A stretch of DNA of 64,000 bases from contig JBJMOW010000005.1 of NCBI GenBank assembly GCA_045803545.1, positions 800,001-864,000 on the forward strand. The letters run 5' to 3'. Positions 46,102 to 56,549 of this stretch are shown one piece after another (the first letter of the stretch is position 1; each line of letters starts with the position of its first letter). The position numbers and the translations under genes are program-made. The DNA comes from Gemmatimonadaceae bacterium. Its GTDB lineage: Bacteria; Gemmatimonadota; Gemmatimonadetes; Gemmatimonadales; Gemmatimonadaceae. Under the pieces are notes generated by a model. The model was not told the DNA's origin and searched no databases. It saw nothing but the letters and a program-made list of their open reading frames with translations.

Positions 46102-47478
46102 CTATTTACCGAGCGCTTCGACCGGTTTTCGGCAGTCGCGGACTAATTGTTCCGCGGCTTCGGCCGTCGGCGCTTCCGCTATTACTCGCACGATTGGTTC
46201 CGTTCCAGAGGGCCGGATGTGCACCCAGCGATCCGGCCAGGTCAGCCGGAGCCCGTCCTGTGTATCCGCCTCGGCATCGGGAAAGTGCTTCGTTAGGGCT
46301 TCGTACACCGCGTCGAGGGGTGCGCTCGGACGCTCCAGCTTGTCCTTCACAATAATGTACCGGGGATACTGGGCGACAATTTTTGACAGCGGCTTCGACT
46401 CTTCCAGCAGGAGTTGTAGCATGAGCGCTGCACCTACTGGGGCGTCACGGCCGAGGTGAAGCTCGGATAGAATGACACCGCCGTTGCCCTCTCCGCCGAT
46501 GGGTGCGTTTTCGGCGCGCATGCGTGTAGCGACGTTGACCTCGCCGACCGGCGCGCGGATCACGCGAGTGCCCGCTTCCTTCGCGATATCGTCGAGGATG
46601 CGGCTGGTGGAAAGATTGGTAACGATGACTCCCTCGCGATGACGAAGCACTTCCTTGGCGGCAAGCGCGAGCGTGTAGTCTTCACCGATTGCTACGCCTT
46701 CGTCCGAAACGAGCGCGAGCCGATCGACATCAGGATCGACGGCCATCCCGATCTCGCAGTGCGAATCCTGCACGAGCTTCTGAAGCTCTCCGAGATTTTC
46801 CGCGACTGGCTCCGGCGGCCGCGGGAATCTTCCATCCGGCTCCATATTGATGGTCGCCAGCTTGCAGCCAAGCAGCTCGAGCAATATCGGCATGAACGTA
46901 CCGCCGGCTCCACGCACACAGTCGAGGGCGACGCGAAACTCCTTTTTGCGAATGCCGTCGACGTCGAGAAACGGAAGCGCGAGAATCTGATCGATGTGCC
47001 GGCGTGCCGCGTCCTTGTCCTGGGTCACCGTTCCGAGCTTGTCCCACGTCGCGCGTGGGAAGTTCGACTCGACCACCCCACGCATCTCGTTACCTTCATT
47101 GCCATCGAGGAATAGACCGGACGCCCCAATGAACTTGAGGGCATTCCACTCGATCGGGTTGTGACTGGCAGTGATCGCGAGGCCTCCATCGGCGTGGTGA
47201 TGTTCGACCGCGAGCTGTACCGTCGGTGTCGGGACCATTCCGACGTCGATCACGTCGCATCCGACTGATTGCAGTGCGGCATGCACCACCGGCTGAAACA
47301 TCGGTCCCGATACCCGGCTGTCGCGACCAACGACGATTCGCGGCTTCCGCCCCTGCGCGCGGGACATCGCCCAGGCGCCGAAGCCTGCCGCAAATTTTGC
47401 AATGACCTCAGGTGTCAGCGCTCCCCCTACGCGGCCGCGCACACCGGAGACACTGACCATCAATCCTTCATACGCCAT
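46102..47478 (-). CDS. glmM: phosphoglucosamine mutase (phosphohexomutase family)
   Basis: TASHNP, DPDVDR, GEGNGG, RPSGTEP; adjacent to glmS. Confidence 0.9.
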   Translation of the reverse strand: MAYEGLMVSVSGVRGRVGGALTPEVIAKFAAGFGAWAMSRAQGRKPRIVVGRDSRVSGPMFQPVVHAALQSVGCDVIDVGMVPTPTVQLAVEHHHADGGLAITASHNPIEWNALKFIGASGLFLDGNEGNEMRGVVESNFPRATWDKLGTVTQDKDAARRHIDQILALPFLDVDGIRKKEFRVALDCVRGAGGTFMPILLELLGCKLATINMEPDGRFPRPPEPVAENLGELQKLVQDSHCEIGMAVDPDVDRLALVSDEGVAIGEDYTLALAAKEVLRHREGVIVTNLSTSRILDDIAKEAGTRVIRAPVGEVNVATRMRAENAPIGGEGNGGVILSELHLGRDAPVGAALMLQLLLEESKPLSKIVAQYPRYIIVKDKLERPSAPLDAVYEALTKHFPDAEADTQDGLRLTWPDRWVHIRPSGTEPIVRVIAEAPTAEAAEQLVRDCRKPVEALGK

Positions 47479-47577
47479 TCGCGAATCGTCCTCTGTTGTT
47501 TCCTATTGGGCACCGCGCGAAGCCGATAATTTACTCGTGGTTAACTTCGGTATGACAATTCCATCAGTTGAACGGAT

Positions 47578-48741
47578 ATGACACGAATCTTCGACGAAGA
47601 TCTCAATTCGGCATTCGGAACCCGCGCCATTCACGCCGGGCAGCGCCCGGACATCCTGTCTGGCGCAATCATGACGCCGATTTACACGACGTCGACTTAC
47701 GTACAGGAAGCGCTCGGCAAGAACAAGGGCTACGAATATGCCCGCGGGCGCAATCCGACGCGCGAAGCGCTGGAGAGAAACGTCGCAGCCCTGGAAGGCG
47801 GCAAGCATGGTTTCGCGTTCAGCAGCGGCATGGGCGCAACGACGTCGATCATGATGTTGCTCAAGTCCGGCGACCACATCGTCGCGAGCGAGAGTAGCTA
47901 CGGCGGGACGTTCCGTTTGTTCGACAAGGTGCTACGCAACTATGGGCTCTGTTTCACCTACGTCGACATGCGCGATCCGGAGAACGTCGAGAACGCGTGC
48001 AACGAACATACGGTTGCGATCATGACCGAGACGCCGACTAATCCGTTGATGCGAATTACCGATCTGGCAGCGGTGGGTGAGATCGCAAAACGCAGGGGGG
48101 CGCTTTTCGTAGTGGACAACACTTTCGCGACGCCGTTCTTTCAGCGCCCCTTCGACTACGGCGCGGATATCGTTTATCACTCGTCGACGAAATACCTGAA
48201 CGGGCACAGTGACATGGTGGGCGGCATTGCGATCGTGCGGGACGACATGCTCGCGGAGCGGCTGCAGTTCGTTCTGAACACCGCCGGCGCCGTGCCCGGC
48301 CCTTTCGATGCGTGGCTGGTGCTGCGCGGGACCAAGACATTGCACTTGCGTATGCCCCGCCACGACGAGAACGGAGGTCAGATCGCCAACTGGCTGGCCG
48401 CGAAGATTGGTCATGAGAACGTCATTTACCCGGGCCTGCCCTCTCATCCCCAGCACGAGCTGGCAAAGCGACAGATGAAAGGATTCGGCGGAATGATCTC
48501 GATTCTAGCCGGCAGCAAGGAGAAAGCAGCTGAGATCCTCGGCAAGGTACGAGTTTTCTCGTTGGCAGAGTCCCTGGGTGGGGTCGAGAGCCTGATCAGT
48601 CATCCGGCAACCATGACCCATGCATCGGTGCCAGCCGAAACACGCGCGCGACTCGGCATTCGTGATGATTTGGTGCGCCTTTCTTGCGGAGTTGAAGACG
48701 TTGGAGACCTGATCGCGGATCTCGAACAAGCCTTCGCATGA
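47578..48741 (+). CDS. cystathionine gamma-synthase/lyase (PLP trans-sulfuration enzyme)
   Basis: YARGRNPT, ETPTNP, VDNTFATP, STKYLNGHSD, AESLGGVES. Confidence 0.93.
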   Translation: MTRIFDEDLNSAFGTRAIHAGQRPDILSGAIMTPIYTTSTYVQEALGKNKGYEYARGRNPTREALERNVAALEGGKHGFAFSSGMGATTSIMMLLKSGDHIVASESSYGGTFRLFDKVLRNYGLCFTYVDMRDPENVENACNEHTVAIMTETPTNPLMRITDLAAVGEIAKRRGALFVVDNTFATPFFQRPFDYGADIVYHSSTKYLNGHSDMVGGIAIVRDDMLAERLQFVLNTAGAVPGPFDAWLVLRGTKTLHLRMPRHDENGGQIANWLAAKIGHENVIYPGLPSHPQHELAKRQMKGFGGMISILAGSKEKAAEILGKVRVFSLAESLGGVESLISHPATMTHASVPAETRARLGIRDDLVRLSCGVEDVGDLIADLEQAFA

Positions 48742-50024
48742 AATTGTTGATCGTCGGCGGTGGCGGGCGAGAGCATGCTCTCGCCTGGAAACTGTGTCGC
48801 GATGACCCCTCCGTGGAGATCATCGCTGCACCAGGCAATCCAGGCATCGCATCGCTCGGCCTCTGCGTGCCGATCGGCATCGACAAGATTAAGGAGCTGG
48901 CGGTGCTGGCCGAGGACGAGTACGTCGACCTCACCATCGTCGGGCCCGAGGCGCCGCTCGAGGCTGGTATCGTCAACCTTTTCCAGAGTCGCGGGCTGCC
49001 GATTTTCGGACCGACCCGTGAAGCCGCCCGGATCGAAACGTCGAAGCGGTTTGCTAAAGAGCTGATGGTTCGCGCCGGAATTCCGACGGCGCGCGCGAGT
49101 CAGCACAGCGATGCGAAGGAAGCGAAGGCCGCGCTGGAAGATTTCTCTACTCCCGTGGTGATCAAAGCCTCCGGCCTCGCCGCAGGCAAAGGCGTCATCG
49201 TCGCGCAGAGCTCTGCGGAAGCTGAACGGGCAATCGATGCAATGTTGGGCGACCGGATCTTCGGAGCTGCGGGCCGTGAGATTCTCATAGAGGAATTCAT
49301 GGAAGGCGAAGAACTGTCACTCTTCGCCATCACTGACGGGCAACAGGCGCTCCCACTCCTGGCGGCCCAGGATCACAAGCGGCTGCACGAGGGCGATCTC
49401 GGCCCCAACACCGGCGGAATGGGCGCGTACGCACCTGCCTCGCTCGCGACGCCGGAGCTGGTGACCCGAGTGATGTCGGAAATCGTCCGACCAACATTGG
49501 CAGCCATGAGAGAGGCCGCATCGCCATTCAAAGGACTGCTATACGTGGGACTGATGATCACCGACGACGGCCCGAAAGTAGTCGAGTTCAATTGCCGATT
49601 CGGCGATCCGGAAACCGAGACCATTCTCCCGCTGATGGATTCGTCTCTGCTCGAGCTTATCGCGTCAGTTGCCGGCGGTGGATCATTGAGCCGCACCCGG
49701 TACCCGGATTGGAAACCCCTCGCAGCGGTGACGACGGTCATCGCAGCGGCCGGATACCCCGATCAGGTGCAGCGCGGTGAGCCAATTCAACTTCCTCCGC
49801 CGGAGCCTGGTGTTGAAGTCTTTCACGCAGGAACCGGGAAAGATCCGTTGGGTCAGCTGGTGACCGCCGGCGGGCGCGTCCTGGCCATTACGGGTGTTGC
49901 AGAAACCTTGTGGGAAGCCGCTGAACTGTCGCGAAGCCACGCCGAGCAGGTTTCGTTCAGAGGAAAGCAGATGCGTCGCGACATCGGCTGGCGCGAGCTC
50001 TCGCGAAGTGCCCGAGCTACCTGA
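48738..50024 (+). CDS. purD: phosphoribosylamine--glycine ligase
   Basis: GGGGREHALAW, GPEAPL, GLAAGKGV, QDHKR, NTGGMGAY, EFNCRFGDPE. Confidence 0.97.
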   Translation: MKLLIVGGGGREHALAWKLCRDDPSVEIIAAPGNPGIASLGLCVPIGIDKIKELAVLAEDEYVDLTIVGPEAPLEAGIVNLFQSRGLPIFGPTREAARIETSKRFAKELMVRAGIPTARASQHSDAKEAKAALEDFSTPVVIKASGLAAGKGVIVAQSSAEAERAIDAMLGDRIFGAAGREILIEEFMEGEELSLFAITDGQQALPLLAAQDHKRLHEGDLGPNTGGMGAYAPASLATPELVTRVMSEIVRPTLAAMREAASPFKGLLYVGLMITDDGPKVVEFNCRFGDPETETILPLMDSSLLELIASVAGGGSLSRTRYPDWKPLAAVTTVIAAAGYPDQVQRGEPIQLPPPEPGVEVFHAGTGKDPLGQLVTAGGRVLAITGVAETLWEAAELSRSHAEQVSFRGKQMRRDIGWRELSRSARAT

Positions 50025-50835
50025 GACTGAGACGATCGCCCGCGATCTCGACGCTGCTATTCGCGGACGGCAAATAAAAAAGGTGTCTGTAAAAAAAGCG
50101 GACGTATTGCGCGAGGTCACCGCCCGCTCCTTCGCGAAGCGTCTGCGCGATACCCGCATAGTGCGGAGCTGGCGACGAGCGAAGCTGGTGGTTCTGGATC
50201 TCGACAACGGCGACCGCCTCGTGGTGCAACCACGATTTACCGGTGCGCTGCTGATCGAAGACGCGAAACTGGACGTCTCTCAGCTCAGCTACTCGACGAT
50301 GAAATTGGAGCTCGACGATGGCCGAGCTCTGCACTACGCCGACGTGCGTCGACTCGGTACAGTCGCGCTTATGAACGCCGCGCGATTCGATGAGTATTCT
50401 GCCGCTCTTGGTATCGAGCCTCTTGACCGTGCGTTTACCACCGCGCATCTATCGGGAGTTCTTCGGGCTACTGGTCAGCCCGTCAAAAAAGTTTTGATGG
50501 AGCAGCGAAAAATCGCAGGCATCGGAAATATCTACGCGAACGAAGCGCTTTGGCGGGCACGGATCGACCCTTCGCGTCCGGGAGCGTCGATCACCTTGGA
50601 AGAAGCAGCAAGCCTCCGCGACTCGATCGTCGCCGTTTTGAGCGAAGCGATAGCGGCTCGCGGCACCAGCTTTCGCGATTATCGCGATGCCCGCGGCGAA
50701 CGCGGCGGATTCGTCGAGAAGCTGGACTCCTATGGTCGCGGCGGACTCCCTTGCCATCGGTGCGGCTCGAAGCTGGTCGCGACGCACGCCATCGACGGCC
50801 GCGCGACGGTCATTTGCGTTAAGTGCCAGCACTGA
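50008..50835 (+). CDS. mutM: formamidopyrimidine-DNA glycosylase
   Basis: GTG-start PELPE motif, GIGNIYANE H2TH, C-terminal CxxC...CxxCQ zinc finger. Confidence 0.95.
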   Translation: MPELPETETIARDLDAAIRGRQIKKVSVKKADVLREVTARSFAKRLRDTRIVRSWRRAKLVVLDLDNGDRLVVQPRFTGALLIEDAKLDVSQLSYSTMKLELDDGRALHYADVRRLGTVALMNAARFDEYSAALGIEPLDRAFTTAHLSGVLRATGQPVKKVLMEQRKIAGIGNIYANEALWRARIDPSRPGASITLEEAASLRDSIVAVLSEAIAARGTSFRDYRDARGERGGFVEKLDSYGRGGLPCHRCGSKLVATHAIDGRATVICVKCQH

Positions 50836-50836
50836 C

Positions 50837-51937
50837 GTGATCCGCGGCACCGCACGGCTGGAGATCCAGCCAACGACCGACGCGCAACTGGCTCTGATGA
50901 GGGTGAACGTGCGCGACACCGCCAAAGACCGGCCCGGTGTATACCGCATGCTGTCGAGCGACGGCGAGATCGTGTACGTCGGTAAATCCAAGCGCGTTCG
51001 CTCGCGCTTACTCAGCTACTTCCGCTGCGAGTACCCGGAGGAGAAAGGCGCGCGCATTCTGCGCTCGGCCGAAAAGATCGAATGGGACTACACTCCCAGT
51101 GAGTTCGCGGCACTGCTCCAGGAGCTGCGAATGATCAAACGCTTCCGGCCTCGCTACAACGTGGCGATGAAGCGTGACGGCAGAAACTATTCGTTCATCA
51201 AACTCACCAGGGGTCCAGCGCCGAAGCTGATGGTGGTGCGCGGCCCGACCGGTGAGGACGCCGACATCTACTACGGTCCGTTCGTTGGCGCGCAGAGGGT
51301 GGAAGAAGCGCTGCGTGAGCTGAGCGACGCGCTATTGCTGCGAGACTGCAAAAGTGACCTGAGGATGTTCTTCAACGATCAGACGGAGCTGTTTCAGCTG
51401 GCGCGCACGCCCGGCTGTATTCGGCACGAGATCGGGAAGTGCCTCGGCCCGTGTATCGGTGGCTGCACTGAGACGCAGTACAATCATCGGGTTTCCCTGG
51501 CGCGAGCGTTCCTGGATGGATCAGACGATGGACCGATGAATATGCTGCGCACGCAGATGGAGAAGCTGAGCGAAGATCTCCAGTTCGAGCGCGCAGCGCA
51601 TTATCGCGACAAGCTCGAAAGACTCGAGGCGTTGCGCGCGCAATTTGGTCGCCTGCGCTTTGCAGTCGAGAATCTCTCTTTCGTTTACACGGTGCCCGGT
51701 CACGAAGGAGAGGACAAGGTCTATCTCATTCGTCGAGGTGTGGTCCGCGCCGAGTTGTCGAAGCCGCGATCGTCGAAGGATCGACGGTCGATGAAGCATC
51801 TGGTCGATGACATCTTCTCGCAGCCTGTGTCGTCGAACGCGCAGGTCCCGACGCACGAGATCGACGAGCTGCTGCTGCTATCGTCGTGGTTTCGAAGATT
51901 TCCCAGCGAGATGAAGCGGACGAAGCAGGTCAGCTGA
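50837..51937 (+). CDS. GIY-YIG nuclease with UVR domain (UvrC N-terminal half/Cho-like)
   Basis: PGVYRM...YVGKSK, RPRYN, Cys cluster CIRHEIGKCLGPC, LQFERAAHYRD. Confidence 0.88.
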   Translation: MIRGTARLEIQPTTDAQLALMRVNVRDTAKDRPGVYRMLSSDGEIVYVGKSKRVRSRLLSYFRCEYPEEKGARILRSAEKIEWDYTPSEFAALLQELRMIKRFRPRYNVAMKRDGRNYSFIKLTRGPAPKLMVVRGPTGEDADIYYGPFVGAQRVEEALRELSDALLLRDCKSDLRMFFNDQTELFQLARTPGCIRHEIGKCLGPCIGGCTETQYNHRVSLARAFLDGSDDGPMNMLRTQMEKLSEDLQFERAAHYRDKLERLEALRAQFGRLRFAVENLSFVYTVPGHEGEDKVYLIRRGVVRAELSKPRSSKDRRSMKHLVDDIFSQPVSSNAQVPTHEIDELLLLSSWFRRFPSEMKRTKQVS

Positions 51938-51942
51938 CCTGC

Positions 51943-52548
51943 TCAGGCCCTCGAATCTCCCTTCCATCTGGTTACCAGATGCTGGTCGACCTCCAGATGG
52001 TCAAGCATGCGCGCGACCATGAAGTCGACTAAATCCGATATCTCTTTCGGCCGATGATAGAATCCGGGCGCGGCGGGCATTACGACCGCACCGGCGCGGG
52101 TGAGACGCAGCATGTTGCCGAGGTGAATCGCGCTGAGCGGAGTCTCGCGGGGAACCAGCACCAGTTTTCGCTGCTCTTTCAAAGTCACATCTGCCGCGCG
52201 CTCGATCAGCGAGCGCGACGCGCCAACAGCGATCGCCGACAGGGTGCCCATCGAGCACGGGCAGATGATCATCCCAGACGTCTTTGCAGAACCTGACGCC
52301 GGCGCCGCGCCGCGATCGTCGTTGGAAAACACTTCCACGTAAGAAGCCCACGCGTCGATGCCAACCGTATCGCGCAACGCATCAATCGATTCGATTCCCG
52401 CCTCGGTAGCGAGTAAGCGGAGGCCGTACTTGGAGACGATGAGCGATACCGGACGATGGGCGGCCGTCAGAGCCTGCAGCAACCTCACTGCATACGGTGC
52501 CCCGGACGCACCGGTGATTGCGACGACGATCGGCGGAATGGTGGTCAT
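51943..52548 (-). CDS. ubiX: flavin prenyltransferase UbiX
   Basis: AITGASGAPY, PCSMGTL, RAADVTLKE, PRETPL, PGFY. Confidence 0.95.
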   Translation of the reverse strand: MTTIPPIVVAITGASGAPYAVRLLQALTAAHRPVSLIVSKYGLRLLATEAGIESIDALRDTVGIDAWASYVEVFSNDDRGAAPASGSAKTSGMIICPCSMGTLSAIAVGASRSLIERAADVTLKEQRKLVLVPRETPLSAIHLGNMLRLTRAGAVVMPAAPGFYHRPKEISDLVDFMVARMLDHLEVDQHLVTRWKGDSRA

Positions 52549-53465
52549 CTAAGCAACCGCTCGGTGAAAACGAACCCGAGAAATACGATGCTGATCACGC
52601 CGTTCATCGTGAAAAAGGCCGCGTCGAGACGCGAGAAGTCGTCGACTTTGACCAGGGAATGCTCGTAAAGAAGCAGCGCCGCCGCTACGATCACACCGGC
52701 GAAGTAAACCATACCCGCGCTGGCTCCAATTCCGGCCAATGCCAGCGCGACGACGGTCGTCAAATGCAGCATGCGCGCGATTCCCAGCGCGTTGGCCTCG
52801 CCGAACGTCGATGGCACCGAGTACAAGCCATTCTCGCGATCGAACGAGACGTCCTGCAGTGCGTACAGAATGTCGAAGCCTGCGACCCAGGTCGCCACCG
52901 CGATCGCCAGCGCGATCAACATCCACCATGGACTGCTCCAGCGACCCGTAATCGCCAGGTATCCGCCAACTGGCGCGATCGAGAGACCAACGCCGAGCAC
53001 CAGGTGCGACCAGCGCGTGAAGCGTTTGGTGTAACTGTAGAACAGCACCCACGCCAGGGCTACCGGCGCGAGCATGAGGCACAACGGATTCAGCTGCCAG
53101 GCGGCAACGAAGAATACCGCCGACGCGACACTCACTGCGACCGATGCCTCGCGCACAGTCATCTTGCCCGACGGAATCTCCCTCATCCGGGTCCGGGGAT
53201 TTCGCGCATCGATCTCTCGGTCCACGATGCGATTGAATCCCATCGCCGCAAATCGGGCGGCGGTGAATGCAACGACGACCCACGCCACAGCACTGACCGT
53301 TATCGGCGCGACATAACTCGCGAGCACCACGCCGACAAGTGCAAACGGAAGCGCGAACAATGTGTGCGGCAACCGAACCAGATTAGCGTGACGGAGCAGC
53401 ATGCCGCGCCCTACGAAAGTCTGGCCCTCGCGCACCGAGACTGCCGGGTCTTTATCGCGGAGCAT
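52545..53465 (-). CDS. UbiA-like polyprenyltransferase (MqnP type)
   Basis: HTLFALPF, NRIVDREIDARNPRT, YSYTKRF, GFDILYALQD. Confidence 0.92.
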   Translation of the reverse strand: MLRDKDPAVSVREGQTFVGRGMLLRHANLVRLPHTLFALPFALVGVVLASYVAPITVSAVAWVVVAFTAARFAAMGFNRIVDREIDARNPRTRMREIPSGKMTVREASVAVSVASAVFFVAAWQLNPLCLMLAPVALAWVLFYSYTKRFTRWSHLVLGVGLSIAPVGGYLAITGRWSSPWWMLIALAIAVATWVAGFDILYALQDVSFDRENGLYSVPSTFGEANALGIARMLHLTTVVALALAGIGASAGMVYFAGVIVAAALLLYEHSLVKVDDFSRLDAAFFTMNGVISIVFLGFVFTERLLR

Positions 53466-54969
53466 TCTTGTTGAACCGCTGCGCCCGATCGTCCGGACCT
53501 AGTCCCAGCTTCGACCACATTTCGTCAATCCGCCTTTTCGTTTCCGTATTCATCTCGATTACTTTCGGCCAGTTCCGCGTGAAGCCCTCTTCCGGCCATT
53601 TGCGCGTCGCATCAATTCCCATCTTCGAGCCATACGTGAATCCGCGGCTGGAATGGTCGAGCACATCGATCGGCCCCATCGAGAAGCGCGTGTCACGCTC
53701 CGGGTCGATATGGTTGAGCGCCACCCACCAGGCCTCCTGAACGTTCCGCACATTCACTTCCTTATCGAGCACCACGATCACTTTGGCCAACGACATCAAC
53801 CCCTGGCCCCACAGCGCATTCATCACCTTGTATGCCTGACCAGGATACTGCTTATCGATTGATACGAACACGAGGTTGTGAAAAATCCCCTCCGCCGGCA
53901 TGTGATAGTCGACGATCTCGGGCACGGTGAGCTTGAGCAGGGGCAGGAATATCCGCTCGGTAGCGTGACCCAGGTAATAGTCTTCCATTGGCGGGCGGCC
54001 GACAATCGTCGTCGCGTAAACCGGATTGCGACGCATGGTCACCGCCGATACGTGCACCTGCGGATAAAGATCCGCCTCTGAATAAAAACCGGTGTGATCG
54101 CCGAATGGTCCTTCGACTACCAGATCCTCCGCCGGATCGATGTAGCCCTCGATCACGAATTCCGCTTCAGTCGGAACCTCGAGATCGCATGTGACAGCCT
54201 TCGCCAACGGGACCGGAGACTTGCGGAGGAATCCGGCAAACAGAAACTCATCGATCGTCGGTGGCAGCGGCGCCGACGCCGCGTACACCGACGCCGGATC
54301 CGCGCCGATCGCGATCGCCACCGACATCTTTTCGCCCTTCTCCGCCATCTCGCGCCAATGCGCGGCACCCACTTTATGCCGCTGCCAGTGCATGGCAAGG
54401 GTGCGCGGACCGAGCACCTGCACGCGGTACATACCGACGTTTCGAATCCCGCGCTTTGGATCCTTCGAGATCACCATTGGCAGCGTGATGTAGGGACCGC
54501 CGTCCTCAGGCCAGCACGTAATGATCGGAAGGTTCGCTAAATCGATGTCGTCACCCTGCAACACGATCTCCTGACAGGCGGGCTTTCCACTTTTCACCCG
54601 CGGCGGAAACTTTCCGATCTCCAGCAAACGAGGCAGCATTGCCAGCTTGCCGATCAATCCTTCCGGGACCTTGAGATCGAGCATTTCGGTGATCCGTTCG
54701 CCAATCTCGTCGAGATTGTCCACGCCTAATGCGAGTGACATACGACGCATCGACCCGTAGAGATTGATCGCGACCGGGTATTTCGACCGCTCACCATTAT
54801 CGAGGATTACGTTCTCGAAATAGAGCGCCTTGCCGCCATCGGGCTGTTTCATGACGCGATCGGCAATCTCGGCGAGCTCGAGCCTTGCCTTTACCGGCTC
54901 GCTGATGCGCGCCAGCTCGCCGGCACGATCGATCGCCGACAGGAATTGCGAGATGTTGTCGAGACTCAC
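53452..54969 (-). CDS. UbiD family decarboxylase (menaquinone biosynthesis type), 505 aa
   Basis: GTG start at 54969 overlapping the upstream stop; WPEDGGPYIT, RNVGMYR, EGPFGDHTG, KMGIDAT. Confidence 0.92.
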   Translation of the reverse strand: MSLDNISQFLSAIDRAGELARISEPVKARLELAEIADRVMKQPDGGKALYFENVILDNGERSKYPVAINLYGSMRRMSLALGVDNLDEIGERITEMLDLKVPEGLIGKLAMLPRLLEIGKFPPRVKSGKPACQEIVLQGDDIDLANLPIITCWPEDGGPYITLPMVISKDPKRGIRNVGMYRVQVLGPRTLAMHWQRHKVGAAHWREMAEKGEKMSVAIAIGADPASVYAASAPLPPTIDEFLFAGFLRKSPVPLAKAVTCDLEVPTEAEFVIEGYIDPAEDLVVEGPFGDHTGFYSEADLYPQVHVSAVTMRRNPVYATTIVGRPPMEDYYLGHATERIFLPLLKLTVPEIVDYHMPAEGIFHNLVFVSIDKQYPGQAYKVMNALWGQGLMSLAKVIVVLDKEVNVRNVQEAWWVALNHIDPERDTRFSMGPIDVLDHSSRGFTYGSKMGIDATRKWPEEGFTRNWPKVIEMNTETKRRIDEMWSKLGLGPDDRAQRFNKNAPR

Positions 54970-55736
54970 TTCGATACCAGTGCGTTGATCGGCCGCTCGC
55001 CAACGTGAATTGCAGCAATACCGAGCGAGAGACTGGACCAACTCACTTTGGCGAAGCCCGCACGCTGCATTCGGGTAGCCAGATCCTCCTCGACCGGAAA
55101 ATTTGCCACCGAGCGCGGCAGGTAGCTGTAAGCCGTCGAATGACCGCTGATCAAACCGCCGATCCGCGGCAGGACGTGCTGGAAATAGAAGTTGTATGCC
55201 GCACGCAGCAGCGGCGTTCGCGGGGTCGAGAATTCGAGTATGACGAATCGCCCCCCGGGAACCAGCACTCTGAACGCTTCGCGCAGCGCGGCGTCCAGAC
55301 CCGCGACGTTTCGAATCCCAAAAGCAACGATCGCTCCGGCGAGCTTTCCCGAAGGCAACGGTAGCTGGAGTGCGTCCGCTGTCACCGGAACCACTTTCCT
55401 TCCGTTCACCTTGCCCTTCCCCGCCCTCAACATCGGCTCTGCGAAGTCTGCTCCTATAACTGCGCCGACAAATCCGGGGAGCATCGCTATTTGCTGCGCG
55501 ACATCCAGAGTTCCCGCGCAAAGATCGAGATAATTACCAGACTTGTCGCGCTCGACGGCAAGCGAAGCGATGGCTTTACGTCGCCATCGCTTGTCGATAT
55601 TGAGACTGAGAAGGTGATTGAGGAGGTCGTAGCGCGGAGCGATCTCAGAGAAGATCTGCTTTACGTACTCGCGCTTCTCCGCACCACCGGCAGCGGCGGC
55701 ACTGGCGGTCGCCCTGTCGATGTCAGTTGCCAGCAT
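54966..55736 (-). CDS. ubiE: ubiquinone/menaquinone biosynthesis C-methyltransferase (UbiE/MenG)
   Basis: IAPRYDLLNHLLS, DLCAGTLD, AFGIRNV, RVLVPGG...LEFS, YSYLPRSV. Confidence 0.92.
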   Translation of the reverse strand: MLATDIDRATASAAAAGGAEKREYVKQIFSEIAPRYDLLNHLLSLNIDKRWRRKAIASLAVERDKSGNYLDLCAGTLDVAQQIAMLPGFVGAVIGADFAEPMLRAGKGKVNGRKVVPVTADALQLPLPSGKLAGAIVAFGIRNVAGLDAALREAFRVLVPGGRFVILEFSTPRTPLLRAAYNFYFQHVLPRIGGLISGHSTAYSYLPRSVANFPVEEDLATRMQRAGFAKVSWSSLSLGIAAIHVGERPINALVSK

Positions 55737-55797
55737 TGCTCGAAAGTTGACCGGCAACGAGTCGTGGGGCAAGCTATCTTTGGAGCGCGTGCCAAGC

Positions 55798-56394
55798 ATG
55801 CCAGCACGGTCCTATACCGACGTTTCCGACCAACAGGTCGTTGTTTTTGCCCAGGAAGGGCGCGAGGACGCCTACCGTGAGCTAATCAAGCGGTACGAGC
55901 GCCCCGTGTTCTCGCTCATCTATCGCATGGTGCGCGATCGCGAGACGTCCGAAGACCTGTCGCAGGAAACCTTTATCAAGGTCCTCAACAACATCGATCG
56001 TTATCGGCCAGAGTTCAAATTCTCCAGCTGGCTGTTTAAGATCGCCAACAACATCACGATCGATTACCTACGCCGCCGGCATGTGGACACGGTGAGCATC
56101 GAGGGTGCCCCCGATGCGGTCACCGCCGAGCGGGCGCGCGCGACTGCGGTTACTGTGACGAGCGGCGGCGAATCGCCGCTCGAGGAACTCGAATCACGCG
56201 AGCTCGGCACCCAAATCGAGAAGGCAATCGCGAAGCTGAGACCCGAGTACCGGGCCTGCATAATCCTGCGTCACGTCGAGGATTATTCATATGACGAAAT
56301 CGCCGAAATCGTGAAGCTCCCGCTAGGCACGGTTAAGACCTACATCCACCGCGCCAGGCAGGAATTGAGGGAGTATTTGGCGGACCTCAAATGA
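55798..56394 (+). CDS. ECF RNA polymerase sigma factor (RpoE/SigW-like)
   Basis: EDLSQETFIK, FSSWLFKIANN, SYDEIAEIVKLPLGTVKTYIHRAR. Confidence 0.95.
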   Translation: MPARSYTDVSDQQVVVFAQEGREDAYRELIKRYERPVFSLIYRMVRDRETSEDLSQETFIKVLNNIDRYRPEFKFSSWLFKIANNITIDYLRRRHVDTVSIEGAPDAVTAERARATAVTVTSGGESPLEELESRELGTQIEKAIAKLRPEYRACIILRHVEDYSYDEIAEIVKLPLGTVKTYIHRARQELREYLADLK

Positions 56395-56412
56395 GGGACG
56401 CGAGGGGCGGGC

Positions 56413-56485
56413 AGGCGGGAGGCGCAGGGTCGGAAAAAGGTTCCTTTTTTCGCATTCCCCGCCTCTCCCCTCTCGCCTCCCGCCT
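56413..56485 (+). repeat. long GC-rich inverted repeat between sigma and anti-sigma genes
   Basis: AGGCGGGAGGCG (56413-56424) pairs with CGCCTCCCGCCT (56474-56485), enclosing an inner AAAAAGG-tt-CCTTTTT stem. Confidence 0.7.
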
Positions 56486-56522
56486 CCTCTGTTATTCCAG
56501 GCAAATATTTTGACAAAAACCC

Positions 56523-56549
56523 TGAAACCAACCCCGTACCGAGCCCGTA
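56523..56549 (+). promoter_or_regulatory. ECF (SigW-like) promoter of the anti-sigma operon
   Basis: TGAAACC-N16-CGTA, 20 nt before ATG 56570. Confidence 0.7.

Noticed and set aside
54970..55521. Apparent long N-terminal extension of the UbiD ORF (689 aa)
   Set aside because: Overlaps ubiE in another frame; a GTG at 54969 coupled to the ubiE stop gives a normal-length protein.
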